From assembly GCF_009914755.1 (NCBI RefSeq), contig NC_060935.1: DNA of 64,000 bases. The stretch is one strand, 5' to 3'. The translations under genes were made by a program, and so were the position numbers. The notes beneath the pieces were generated by a model. The model saw only the letters and a list, made by a program, of their open reading frames with translations. It was not told the origin of the DNA and ran no database searches. Shown piece by piece: positions 26,770-40,760 of the stretch; within the stretch, counting starts at the first letter, position 1; each line of letters starts with the position of its first letter. Source of the DNA: the human T2T-CHM13v2.0 reference genome, Homo sapiens.

Positions 26770-27313
26770 TAATAGTAATGGTAAGGAAAGAAAGTTTTTT
26801 AAAAGGCAGGCAATTAAATTAGATTTAAAACGACAAGAAAGTCAGTGGGCTAACACAGGATCATACAAATAGCCAGTCTTGACCCCTCCAGACTTTACGT
26901 TCCTACTTATTTATAGCAAAAGCAGAAAATAGGCCATTTTTTTCATGGAAATAAGTAAAGTACCTAAAAAAATTCAACAGGATTAAAATCCAATAATAAG
27001 ACTACAGAAATATTTAATGTCATTAATTTATCTTTTGTGTTTGTTGTTCATTTATTCATATCTTTGACAAAAGCTTTTGACAAGCATTTTTGCACCAGGT
27101 TTGTATGCAGTTATGGGAGATTCCTAGGAAAGTTATACAGGTTCCATACTGCAAGTTATTTAAAGTCCTGTAGAACTTCATCAGTTTTCATGACATTAGC
27201 ATGTTTGAAAAATGGGAACAATTTGATTTAGGTAGGTACCTGAATATAAATGTGAATCACAGAATCTTAGGGTCGGTCACCTAGTTGAGAAGCACCCTTA
27301 TGGTTAAAATACC

Positions 27314-27606
27314 TTTTTTTTTTCTTGGAGACAGAGTCTCACTCTGTCACCCAGGCTGGAGTGCAGTGGCTGAATCTTGGCTCACGGCAACCTCCACCTC
27401 CCGGGTTCAAGCAATTCTCTGCCTCAGCCTCCCGAATAGCTGGGATTACAGGCACCTGCCACCACGCCCAGCTAATTTTTGTGTTTTTATTAGAGACGGG
27501 GTTTCACTATCTTGGCCAGGCTGGTCTTGAACTCCTGACCTCATGATCTACCCACCTAGGCCTCCCAAAGTGCTGTGATTACAGGTGTGAGCCGCCGCGC
27601 CTGGCC
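27314..27606 (-). mobile_element. AluS (Sx/Sg-like)
   Basis: Dimeric Alu reverse complement with a poly-T head. Confidence 0.92.
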
Positions 27607-27917
27607 TACAATATCTCTTATAATAATTCACATTTGTATAGTACTTCATAAGAGTTGAAAACTCATAAGACTTTTAAATATTTTATTTCATTTTATCCCC
27701 AAAACAATATTGTGATATTGGTAAAACAAATATTAACTCACAAAGAGGGAGAGTAAGACTCCAAAAGATAAAATTATAATTTTTTTAAAAAAAGGAACAG
27801 AACTATGATATGAACTCAAACTCAAGATTTTAATCCAATATGTGTTCTATTACCACTCAATCCTTTAAAGGTCACACTTTTAAAATGGATATACCGCAGA
27901 TCCCACCATCACCTAGA

Positions 27918-27918
27918 T

Positions 27919-27968
<50 letters not shown>
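27918..27968. repeat. (CT)n(CA)n microsatellite
   Basis: Directly visible. Confidence 0.95.
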
Positions 27969-27973
<5 letters not shown>

Positions 27974-28432
27974 TTCAATCATGCACACAGAGTCAATTAT
28001 ACACAATTGCTAAAACATGAAATTCTGAATTGCAAGTCTTTGCAATGACTCCCACCTTAAAATACAATACATCATTTTATAAGGAAGCCTCCCTCCTTTT
28101 CTATCCTTGTCCAAAACCAATCAATTAAACACCAGAGTCAAGATAACTTTGGAAATTCCAGGCAATTCTGAACTACCAGTTGATTTCTAGGAGATTCTAC
28201 TATGCTGTCTTAGTTAGAGCCTTTCTATGTCTCACCTGAATTATCCCAGCTTATTCCTATGCAACATACTCCAGTTGAAACCACTCAATCACAAGTACAG
28301 CTGAACTCAATTCAAGCATTTTCTAAATTACACCACAGTCTCTCCTGATTCCGTCCCTTTGCACATGCTTTCCTCTGCCTGCAATGCTATTCCCTTCCCT
28401 ATGTATCTGGTTTATTTAAAAGTTACCTCTTC

Positions 28433-29868
28433 GGTTGCTTTTGTGGACTTTGTCAAAAATTCTTACCAAGGCCAATGTCAGGAAGAGTATTTCCTAGATT
28501 GTCTTCTAGGATTTTTAAAGTCTTACTTTTTTTTGAAGGCTTACATTTGAATCTTTTATTCCCTTTGGATTAATGTCTGTACATTGTGAAAGGCGGGGGT
28601 CAAGCTTCAGTTTTCAGCATATGGCTAGCCAGTTATCCAAGCACCATTTATTGAATAGGGATTCCTTTCTCCATTGCTTGTTTTTGTCCACCTTGTCAAA
28701 GATCATACAATTGTAGGCATATGGCTTTATTTCTGAGTTTTCTATCCTGTTCCATTGCTCTACGTGTCTGTTTTTGTACCAGTACCAAGGAATTGCAACA
28801 AAAACAAAAATAGTTAAGTAGGACCTTATTAAACTAAAAAGGTTCTGCACAGCAAAATAAACTGTCAACAGAGTAAACAGCCTACAGAATGGAAGAAAAT
28901 ATTCACAAACTATGCATTAAACAAATCCAGAATTTGTCCTATGCAAGAACAAATATCCAGAATCTGTAGGGAACTTAAATAAATCAACAAACAGAAAGCA
29001 AATAACTCCATTAGACAATGAGCAAAGGATATCAACAGACACTTCTGAAAAGAAGATATACAAGAAGCCAAAAAACATCTGAAAAAATGCTCATTATCAC
29101 CAATCATCAGAGAGATACAAATCAAAACCACAATGAGATATGATCTCACACCAGTCAGAATGGCTATTATTAAAAAGTCAAAAAACAACAGATGATGATG
29201 AGGCTGTGGAGAAAAGGGAACACTTATACACTATTGTTGAGAATGTAAATTAGTCCAACCATTGTGGGAAATTGTCTGAAGATTTCTCAAAGAACTTAAA
29301 ACAGAGCTACCATTTGGCCTAGTAATCCCATTACTAGGTATATACCTAAAAGAAAATAAGTCATTCTACCAAAAAGACACATGAACTCATATGTTCCTGG
29401 ATGCACTATTTACAATAGCAAAAATACGAAATCAACCCAGGTGCCCATCCATGGGAGATTAGATAAAGAAAATGTAGTATATATATACCATGGAATACTA
29501 TGCAGCCATAAAAAGAATGAAATCATGTCCTTTGCAGCAACGTGGATGCATTTGGAGGCCATAGTCCTAAGCAAATTAACACAACAAAACCAAATAGCAG
29601 AAAACCAAATACCACATGTTCTTACTTATAGGGGGAAGCTAAACACTGAGCACACATTAACATAAATATGAGAACAATAGATGCTTAAGACTACTAGAGA
29701 GGGAGGCAAGGAGCAGGCATGGGTTGAAAAACTACCTATCAGGTACCATGCTCATTACCTGGGTGATGGAATCTGTACCCCAAACCTCAGCATCACACAA
29801 TATCCACATGTAACAAACCTGCACATGTACCCCCTGTATCTAAAATAAAAGTTGAAATTTTAAGAAAT
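28433..29868 (+). mobile_element. 5'-truncated, 5'-inverted L1PA (L1PA15/16-like)
   Basis: Inverted ORF2 segment at 28433-28787, then sense ORF2 end and 3' UTR. Perfect 15-bp TSD aaaagttacctcttc at 28418-28432 and 29869-29883. Confidence 0.93.
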
Positions 29869-30104
29869 AAAAGTTACCTCTTCATAAAAGCTTTTTCTGA
29901 CACCTCTGGTCTCTAGGCTAGATTATATACTCCACTTCTGTGTTCTCTGAGTTTAATTCTCTTATAACACTTTCATTACAATATTTTTCCATATATTAGT
30001 ACTTCTTTAGTCTCTGTCACTAGGGTATAAACTCCTTGAAGACAGAGAGAACTAGGTCATTTATCACAACTCCAGTGCCTAACAAACTGCATGATGGTCA
30101 AAAT

Positions 30105-30458
30105 AGAATCCCAAAATCAGGACATCAGCATGGCCGTGTTCTCCCTGAGGGTTCTAGAGGAGGATATTTTCTTGCATTTCCTAGCTTCTGGTGGTTGCTA
30201 ACAATCCTGATGTTCCTTTCCTTGGAGATGCATCACTCTAATCTCTGACACTGTTATCAGGTGGCATTCTCCCTGTGCATCTATATCTAAATTCCCATCT
30301 CCTTATAAATAGTAGCCATTAAGTTAGGGCCCACTCTAATCTAGTATGACCTCACTTAACTAGATTACATCTGCAAAGACCTTACTTCCAAATAAGGTCA
30401 CATTCACAGATTTTTGGGTGGTCATGCACTTCAGGGAAATGCGATTTCACCTAGTACA
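30105..30458 (-). mobile_element. MLT1 (MaLR) LTR, partial
   Basis: 'cttctggtggttgct', 'ttagggcccactctaatctagtatgacctca', 'ccaaataaggtcacattcacag'. Confidence 0.8.
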
Positions 30459-30624
30459 CTGTGTTTCAACTGGAGAGAGGAGAATCTGAAATTCTGCATT
30501 TGGAGAACAGTACTCAAGCAACCAACCCAGCTATATTTGATTTGACATCCCAGGTCACTGCCTTATTTATGAAACCGAAACTTCCCACAAGAAATTACAA
30601 CTGCTTTTTGTCTTAATTTGGAGA

Positions 30625-31120
30625 GTTTATTCATTCATTCATTCCTCCACTCATCCATCACATATTTATGAAGTACCTTTAACATACTAGTGGTATGGAT
30701 ATAACAATAAACAAAGCATACAAAAATCTCTGCCCTTGTGAAGCTTACCTGTGAGCAGTGGGGGGAGACAGATAAAGAAATATGTAAAACTCTGCACATG
30801 ATATCAAATTTTGGTAACTTCAGTGGAAACATACTAAGCAGGAAATGGAGATAGGAAAGTTGAATGGGGTTGGAAATGTTGCACTGTTTAACGTGGTGAC
30901 TAAAGAAGGCTCCACCAAGAAGGTGCTATTTAAGCATCTAAAGAGGTAAAGGAGTTAGCCTTGTGGATATTTGGGAGAATATAGTTTTTAGGTAGTAGAA
31001 ACAAATGCAAAGGCCCTAGAGTAAGAGTGTGCCTGGGGAGTTAGAGATAAGCAAGGAGGCCAGGGTGATGACTACAAAGATAAGAGAGCAGTAGGAAATA
31101 GGGCCTGGGGGGTAATGGAG
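30625..31120 (-). mobile_element. L2a-like fragment
   Basis: (ATTC)n tail, 'aatctctgcccttgtgaagcttac', 'gcaaaggccctagagtaagagtgtgcctgg'. Confidence 0.75.
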
Positions 31121-31673
31121 GATAGTACAGAGATCAGGATGTTCTTCCTCTCTCCACTACCAACTAAATAGTCATTGCAAGATGCCATGTTCCTAGTTTC
31201 TACATAGGGTACATTTTGAGCTCCTAAGAGACAAGTTTATTATATCAAATAGAAAAAAAAATATATATATATATATAACTTTATTTCACAAAAATGAAAT
31301 GCTATGCTCATTAAACATTAAAATTCAAGTAATTTTAGTGTCCTTCATCTGTCTGCCTTATAATCAGGAAACTAGAAACAATGTGGGTATCTAGATTATA
31401 ATAAATAAATATTTATTTTTAGATAAGTTATACTTCTCATGTTAAAAAATACTTTCTATTTTACCATATCACTCTATATATGACACTTGATTTATCACAA
31501 TTTGTCTTGGCAAAATAACTATCAAACTATTTTATTTAAACAAAAAGTTGATTCCCTAGTTCCCTTCAGTCTTGTCTAGATTTTCAGGATACAGTTAGTT
31601 TCTCATTTGGTGCTACCTTATGAGAGAATTTGATAGAAAATGGCCTACTCAATAAAAAGTCAAACTTTCTTTT

Positions 31674-31979
31674 TTTTTTTTTTGAGACAGAGTCTCACTC
31701 TGTCGCCCAGGCTGGAGTACAGTGGTGTGATCCCAGCTCACTGCAAGCTCTGCCCCCTGGGTTCATGCCATTCTCCTGACTCAGCCTCTCGAGTAGCTGG
31801 GACTACAGGTGCCCGCCACCACACCCGGCTAATTTTTTGTATTTTTAGTAGAGATGGGGTTTCACCGCCAGGATGGTCTCAATCTCCTGACCTCGTGATC
31901 CATCCTCCTGACCTCGTGATCCATCCGCCTCAGCCTCCCAAAGTGCTGGGATTACAGACATGAGCCACCGCTCCCGGCC
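31674..31979 (-). mobile_element. AluY/Sc-like with internal 21-bp tandem duplication
   Basis: 'cactgcaagctctgcc', 'ggatggtctc'. TSD tcaaactttctttt. Confidence 0.9.
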
Positions 31980-32547
31980 TCAAACTTTCTTTTCTAAAAA
32001 CTCATTCAATCAGAGAATATTAGACAGATAGACATAGAGTATTAGACAGATAGAATATTAGACAGAACTTCCTCATAGGAAGACACTCTCTGTTGAACAT
32101 TGTGACCTCTACATGTCTGCACTATAACTCAGCATCTTGTGCAAAATTATCACATCTTTTCAATTAATGTTTTGTTTAAATCCAATAATTTACATTTTTA
32201 TGGTGATCTCAAGTTTACAAAGTTCTTTGCCAAGGTAACAAACTATTTTTAAGAGAACAGTGTTCAATGTCAAAGCACATGCGTGTCTTATTTAATATTC
32301 ACATCAACTTTATAAGAATTATGATCTTTATTTTGCAGTTGAGGAAACTGAAGCTCAAAGAGGAGTAGTGGTTTATCCAAGGTCATATCTGATGGCAAAA
32401 TAAGATTCAAGACCATTTGTGCCTGACTTGAAAGCCTTTGCTCTGAAACTCTGGACTCTAGCACCTATTTCACATTTTTATTTTGTGTAATTTTCCCAAA
32501 AACCCTGTGAAGTACATATTATATCCAAAATACCCAGAATACATTTT

Positions 32548-32888
32548 CTTTCTTTCTTTCTTTCTTTTTTTTTTTCTTGAGACAGAGTCTCACTCTGCCA
32601 GCCAGGCTGGAATGCAGTGGCACAATCTCAGGTCACCACAAGCTCCACCTCCCGGGTTCAAGCTATTCTCCCACCTCAGCCTCCCCAAGTAGATGGGACT
32701 ACAGGTGTGCTCCACCACACCGAGCTAACATTTCGGTTTTTTGTTTGTTTGTTTGTTTGTTTGTTTTTAGTAGAGATGAGATTTTACCACGTTGGCCAGG
32801 CTGGTCTCTAACTCCTGACCTCAAGTGATCCGCCTGTCTTGGCCTCCCAAAGTTCTGGTATTACAGGCATGAGCCACTGTGCCTGGCC
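32548..32888 (-). mobile_element. AluS/J with (GTTT)n in the middle linker
   Basis: Dimeric Alu with TSD ccagaatacatttt on both sides. Confidence 0.9.
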
Positions 32889-33974
32889 CCAGAATACATT
32901 TTCAAAGAGGATAAATAATATATCCTAAGTCATAGACCCATTTAGTGGTAGATCCATTAATTTATTCATTCATTCATTCAACAAACATTTAGGAAGTACC
33001 TACTCCACTAAGCAATGAGCATTAATGGTGAAAAAACACCCACTCTTCTGGAACTTAAACAGTCTAAAAAGAGGGAATTTTAAAATAACTAACAATTATT
33101 AAGTGCTTATTACGAGCCAGTTACTATTCTAAGCATTTCACTGGTATTCCCTCATTGGAAATTCAGAACAGCCCTCATATGATAGTATTTTAGATAAGGA
33201 AAGTGAGTCCCCAAAGAGGTTAATTGGACCAAGGTCCACAGATTGTAAAGACTGATTCAGGCTTTGAATCCAGGCAATCTAGACCCAGAGACTGTGCTTT
33301 TAACTACTCTGCTATGTTTGTTCTTGAGATAGAAAATAAATAAATACATTAAATAATTAAAGTTGTAATATGGATTCCTTGCTGAATTGCAGCTTTCATT
33401 GTACCACATTGCCTTCTGAGATTTTTTTTTCCCGGCTAGTCCTATGGTAGCTTCCCTGGTGTCCCAGTTGTCAGCTAACAAATGGGTCAAGTTAGCTTGG
33501 CAGTGACATAAGCAGACACTACCTTTATCACTTCCCTTCTTCCACTCAACAGTTTGTAAGAACCCAGAATGCCTGGCATTAGTGGGCATTTCAGATTTCT
33601 CAGTGCTGGCACAGACAAGCAACCATTCCAAACCTGGAACCTAAAGCAGCAGTCCAGGAAGGCAAGAGGACAAAGAAGGCAGGATTGAGTGTGCCAAGCA
33701 AATCAAATGCCAAGAAAGAAACTTTGTTTGTTACTAATTTTAATAACAAATCGGAATTTATTACCTATAAGGTATAATCTATTAAAAGTAGCTCAAGAAC
33801 CATTTAGGGTTTTTAAGGACATAGGAGTAAACATCAATGCCATGAGAATTTCCAAACTTGGAAATGCAAGACGCACCTGCAATAGATTGGTCCTTTCCTA
33901 GAAGAAGAGATGAGAAGATTGCAGTGATATCCAAAACAAAAACAACAAACAAAAACCATAATAGAAGTCTAGAA

Positions 33975-34290
<316 letters not shown>

Positions 34291-36867
34291 GAAAGTCTAG
34301 AATACAGGAGAAAATGCACTACAAGCCTTACTAAAACATCTGGACCACCTCACTTTGGCCATCAAGAAAATTTAGGAAGCAGTTGTAATACCAAGTTTGG
34401 ATGTTTGGATTAGGGTAAGGGTGAGAATTAAGAGGACTTAACCAACCCTCAAGTCACACCAAATAAACATTCTAAGTAAAATGTGTGCTTACAATACCAA
34501 CTCAAGATAAATCTCTCTGCTACCCTTCCAACTGGATATTGTGCAGGGGTTATAAAGAGGATTCTGGGACAGACTGCTTGGGTTCAAAACACATTTCTAC
34601 TTTAAAAAAAAGGTGACCTTGGTAAATTATAGAATCTCTTTGTACCTTAGTTGTTACATCTTCAAAGTGGGAATAATTTTATTACCTACCACTTAGTTTT
34701 ATTCTGATTATTAAATAAAATTAATCTATATAAAACATTTAGAATAACATCTGACACATGCACAGTGCTACATCAGTGTCTGAGATTATTATGCTGCTAA
34801 AAACCTCTCCCATATGAATTTCTAGAGCTACAACTGCTTGAAGGACATAATAATTGACAGAAATCAGGTGTAGGGTAAGAAGCAACAGGGGAGGAGAAAG
34901 AATAATTTTTGAGTTCATGATAAGAGTAGGTCTCATGCTGCTTATAAGTGCACTTTAGACTTTTTCAGAGACATGGAAACATATTTTGTTTAATACAAGT
35001 TGACAATACTTTCTCCTTCTCTCCTCATTCTGTTCTTAAGTCCTTATCTCTGCCATTGAGGTGTAGGGGACTGAGCTGTTTCTCCTGGCTGTACTGATTA
35101 GTGATTCTCCAGATAAAACACTGTTACTGTCCAGGCTGTTTAAACTTAGTGAAGAAGAGCTAAAATCAAATATTAGCAGAAATGTTGCTGGAAAGTATTT
35201 TCTGAAGTGTGACATGAAAGCTTTCATCAAAACTCTTAGTAATAAGTCATTATCTATGGTTGATAGGGTTATGAATGATTTATATTTTCATCTTCTTTTT
35301 TTGTATTTTCAAAATTGTATAATAAATCAAAATTTCTTTTATGATTAGGAAAATAAACAATTACAAATCTTAAAGAGTTTAAAAGAGCAAGACATGAAGT
35401 CAAATCTTAAAGAGTTTAAAAGAGCAGTTTATATGTGGTTAACATAATCGTGTAAAATAAGCAAGCAGACAAAACTGTGTTTAGAGAAAGTACTGAAAGG
35501 AAAACAGTATAAACAACAATTTCTCATTGGATAATGTTACCCTACCTTTTATTTTTCTTTATTTTATAAGTTTTCAATAAATAACATGTGGTACTTTGAT
35601 TAGAGAAGAGTGCCAACTAATTTCAATTAAAACATAAAACCTCAAGCAGGTTTATCTTAGGTGTTTGAAATATAAGTCTTTGTTTTTCTTCTTGCCTAAA
35701 TTAGGCTTTAAATTTAGTGGAAAATTATTTCCTGATCAGACTATAAATGAAAATAAATCGAGCGGGAGAGGAAACAGGGGCTGTCATGGAATGATGGAGT
35801 AAGAAAAAAAAAGCACAAGTTATTTATGGTTTCCAACCTCTTCTAGGCTTTCAGCACTGCCCAGCAATCCTTTCAGTTGTCTCTCCTCAGCTATTTCTCC
35901 TAGACCCTAAAGTGGCTATTATAAACCTCCATCATGCTCATGAAGATCCTGTCCCAGCCCACTCATCTCTCCGCAGATGACCTTGCTACCTACGTGGTCA
36001 AGAAAATAGAGGTCATAAACCACAAACTTCCCGATCTTTCCTTCTCCAGCTTCTATCTTCAAGGTCACACATACATTAAAATCTTAACCTAAGTTTATCT
36101 CCTCTTCTCCAGGGAAAGAGGTAGCTATCCCTCTTTCTTTCCAAAGTTAACTTTCTTCTCTTATGCTTCTGGTCCCAGTTTCTTTTGTACTTTCCCTTTG
36201 CTGTTACTTTATTTCTTTCTCTCCACTGACTTCTGCCCTCCATACTATCTCTGAGTTCTGTCTCCTCCTTATGGCATTGCCTCCTCTTTCCTTTTCTTTT
36301 CTCTCAGTTTATTTTTCAACCCAAAGCATTCCAATGTTGACTTGGGGCAGATATTCTGCTGCCACTCCAGAGGTAGTCTCAAACATCCCTATAGCTTCTT
36401 CAGCATCACCTCTAAATTTCTGACTACCATTTCTCCATCTCAAATCACAACCACTCTTCTTAGCTCCCAAACCATATTCCTAAACATTTACATCTGAATG
36501 TCATACAGATACTTGTTAATATGTCCAATATTGAGCTCATCCCTACTACCATGGAACTTGTTCCTTCTCTGTATTACCTAGCTCCCCAATGCCATCACCA
36601 ACCAGACACTTATTGTAGAAACCTCTGAATTATCTCTGATTCCTTCCTTATCTCCTTCCTTTAATCAAAATTGAATTTCCAAATTTCAATCTCCAAAAAT
36701 ATTTCTTGAGTTCAATCATTGCTCTGCATATCCATAGTGACATAATTGTTATATTAACAATATATGTGTTATAATTTTTATAATAAAAATAATATAATTG
36801 CATATTCTAATATAATAATATAATTGTTATATTTAACAATATATGTAGAGCACATTTATTAGACATG

Positions 36868-36925
36868 TGGGTGGATGGATGGATGGATGGATGGATGGAT
36901 GCATAGATGGATGCATGGATGGATA
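36868..36925. repeat. (GGAT)n microsatellite
   Basis: Directly visible. Confidence 0.9.
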
Positions 36926-37058
36926 GATAAATGTAAAAAATAGGGAGAAAGCTATAAGACAAACCAGGATGTTGTGTGTAATCTTTCACAACAAATCTAC
37001 TTATGAAAAATTTCGTTATTCACCTAAGTTTCACATTTGAATATGTTAGGACAAAACA

Positions 37059-37195
37059 CCAGCTACTCAGGAAGCTGAGGCAGGAGGATCACTTGAGCCC
37101 AGGAGTTCAAGGCTACAGTGAGCTATGATCTCGCCACTACGCTCTAGCCTGGGCAACAGAGCAAGACCCTGTCTTTAAAAAAGAAAAGAAAAAAC
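37059..37195 (+). mobile_element. 5'-truncated FRAM/AluJ right monomer
   Basis: 'gaggatcacttgagcccaggagttcaaggctacagtgagctatgatc...gaccctgtct' followed by an A tail. Confidence 0.8.
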
Positions 37196-38239
37196 ATACA
37201 GACACGATAACAGAAAGTGAATAAATATGGAATGAATTCAAAATGTGGAAAATGGGGTAGAAACATTGGAGAGGTTATTAAAATAATCAACTAGAAGACA
37301 TGATGTGTTGGAGAGAAGCGTGATTCCTGTAAAATGAATTCAAATTTAACACAACAGAAAAAGACAATGATGTTATTCACCAGTCCTGAAAATCCCTATC
37401 TCATCACCTGAAATTCTGAAAACTTCCTTGCTTGTACCCTATCCCTGCTCTTTTAGTGAAGGAGCTTACCCCATAGATTGTTCAGAACTAGAGCTGAGTT
37501 ATTAACCAAAGATATTGTCTGTGGTAGTTTAAAAATAGGGACCTTTTATATCAGAGTTAAAGTCTTTGGTGAAGCTTAAACATTCTTAGTTAATGTTACA
37601 ATTAGACATCTTGGCTTCTTTCTCAAGCTGCTGCAAAAGACAGAATGGTATCAAGGTGGAGGGTCAGAGCAGGAATGACTGCAAGTGAAAACCATTCCCA
37701 AGGCCTGCCTTATCACAGAAAGAAAGGCAAAACTGGAAACTGAAATAAAACAAAAATAGCATCTATGAAAGGAAGATTGCTGGGTCATCCTGGTGATAAT
37801 CAATCAGCTGAGGCTATTACCAGAACTCCTGAAGGTAGAAAAATAAGCTAAGCTATAAATAAATGCTTTAAATAAAATTATTTAAGTTATAAATAAAGAT
37901 TACCAGTTTGTAATCTAAAATCAAGAAAAAATTTTTAATAAAGAAAAAGAAAAAGTCTTGTAAGTATTCCTGTCATAGGCTTAATGGATAATAGTTTTTG
38001 GTTTGTTGTTCCCTTAACAATACACAATGGTTATTTCTACAGTCACTCATCAGATATACAACTATTAAAAATAAATAGGAAAAGATCTGGATGGTAAAGA
38101 TCTCTCTGAATACCTCAAGGGAACACTAACATGGCAAAGAAAACTCACTGATATAAAGCTAGTATCAAAAATGAGCAAATAAATCTGTAAGTATTTTCTA
38201 TCTGCCTTGCATAATTCTTTGTTAACTATCTTAAGGAAT

Positions 38240-38850
38240 AAGGAGTTTAATCTTCACACTGCAGCCACAGTGATACCACAGAATATATCAAACAATGTTT
38301 CTCCTCTGTTCAAAACCCCCTCCAATGGCTTCCCATCTCATTCAGAGAAAAATCCAAGTCCATTTGGAAGCATCCATGATCTTATATGATGTAGCTTCCT
38401 ACCACCTACCTGGCCTCATCTGCTACTACTCTGTCTATCTCTTATTCATCCTCTAGCCACACTCTTCTCCTATTTATTTCTAGCCACATTATTAACCCAT
38501 CTATCTGTATTCAGCAGGTACACTCCTGATTCGGCAACATCACACATGTTGTCTCTACCCAGGACAATCTTCCCCCAGGCATCAGAAGGTGGTACCTTAC
38601 TTTCTCCAGCCAGTGTAAATTACATCTTGGATATGCTTTCCTTTACTACTCCTCAATGAGATTTCCTAAATATCTTTATTTTTTTCTCTTACATGTATCA
38701 CTACCTGGCACACTCCATAATTATTTGTTTATTTATTTTCTGTTCCTCATACCCTATCTCCTAGGAGTTCAATTCCCAGTTGTATCTTAGGCCTAGAATA
38801 GTAGCTAGTGCATAGTAGAAGCTCAATGAAAATTTATGGAATGACTAACT
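38240..38850 (+). mobile_element. L2 fragment
   Basis: 'cctccaatggcttcccatctcattcagagaaaaatccaagtc', 'gcctagaatagtagctagtgcatagtagaagctcaat'. Confidence 0.75.
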
Positions 38851-39842
38851 AGTAAAGGCTAAAGTATGATGAGGCCCCCAGGAAGAGCTAGCAAGTTCTG
38901 CTTTATGCCTGAGTTGTTGCCTACAAGAGAAATAGGAAGGATGCCAGATAGCAAAGGGGATTCAAAACGGAAGAACAGTATTTCACATGATAGAAATGTT
39001 TAAGAAGAATCATGGAAGCAAGCGTAAGAGAGAACACTTCAGAACTAGTTAAAGCCAATGAAGCAGGGAAATACATATTTTAGAATGCTTCCCATTTAAG
39101 CTCAGATTTAATCTTTTTAACCTTTGTTGGTAATTCCTTCACCAAGGGTTCAAGATATCTGAAGTAGTTTAGTTTCCCTTTATCATTATGAAAGTTACCT
39201 CACTACCTCTGATTATACTTTTGCATTTAAGCCTACTGTGTTTGATATTAATATAGCTACTCAGCTTTTCTCTTCTTTTTTTGATGGCTGTTACATAGCT
39301 TATCCTTTTTTATATTTTTATGGCTACCCTATTGGCTTATTTATCTTTAACTTTTTTCTTATAAATGGCTTATATATGGGTTTTGATATTTTAGCCAATA
39401 TGACAGTCTCTGACTTTTCATTGTCATTTCTTATCCTATTTTTATTAATGTAATTATTATTATAGTTGGATTTAAGAATACCATTTTGCCATTTGTTTTC
39501 ATTTGTTTCATCTATGTATCTTTTTTTAACTTCTTATGTTATTTTGGCTTTAAATAATATATATAGTATTTTATTTTATCTTTTTTATTGGCTATTTTCC
39601 TATACCTTTTTTTGTATTTTTAGTGTTTATTTTAGGAATTATAATATGCCTCCTTAAATTATCACTGTCCACACTGAATTAATGTTATACCACTTCACAT
39701 ACATCACATATAAGAACCTTACAACTGTACACTTCCATTTACCCTCTTTCTGTCTTTTCTGCTTTTGTTTTCATATGTTGTATACATATCCTATAGATCA
39801 ACAACACAGTATTTTTTTTTTTACTTTAAAGAGTCAGCTGTC

Positions 39843-40760
39843 AAGAAAATTTTTGCAATCTATCCATTTGACAAAGGGCTAATATCCAGAATCTACAAAG
39901 GACTTAAACAAATTTACAAGAAAAAAAACCACCCCATCAAAAAGTGGGCAAAGGATATGAACAGACACTTCTCAAAAGAAGACATTTATGTGGCCAACAA
40001 ACATATGAAAAAAAGCTTATCATCACTGGTCATTAGAGAAATGCAAATCAAAACCACAATGAGACACCATCTCACACCAGTTAGAATGACGATCATTAAA
40101 AAGTCAGGAAACAACAGATTCTGGAGAGGATGTGGAGAAACAGGAATGCTTTTACACTGTTGGTGGGAGTGTAAATTAGTTCAACCACTGTAGAAGATAG
40201 TGTGGTGATTCCTCAAGGATCTAGAATCAGAAATACCATCTGACTCAGCAATCCCATTAGGGGGTATACACCCAAAGGCTTATAAATCATTCTATTATAA
40301 AGACACATGCACACATATGTTTACTGCAGCACTGTTCACAATACCAAAGACTTGGAACCAACCCAAATGCCCATCAATGATAGACTGGATAAAGAATATG
40401 TGGCACATATACACCATGGAATACTATGCAGCCATAAAAAGGATGAGTTTATGTCTTTTGCAGGGACATGGATGAAGCTGGAAACCAGCATTCTCAGCAA
40501 ACTACACAGGAACAGAAAACCAAACACCACATGTTTGGTGGGAGTTGAACAATGAGAACACATGGACACAAAGAGGGGAGCATCACACATCGGGGCCTGT
40601 CAAGGGGTGGGGAGCTAGAGGAGGGATAGCATTAGGAGAAATACCTAATGTAGATGATGGGTTGATGCTTGCAGCAAACCACCATGGCAAGTGTACACCT
40701 ATGTAACAAAATTGCACATTCTGCACATGTATCCCAGAACTTAAAGTATTGTTTAAAAAA
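39843..40760 (+). mobile_element. 5'-truncated L1PA (L1PA6-8-like)
   Basis: ORF 39765 encodes the L1 ORF2 C-terminus ([16 protein letters not shown]...[12 protein letters not shown]). The 3' UTR ends 'gcacatgtatcccagaacttaaagta'. Confidence 0.95.
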
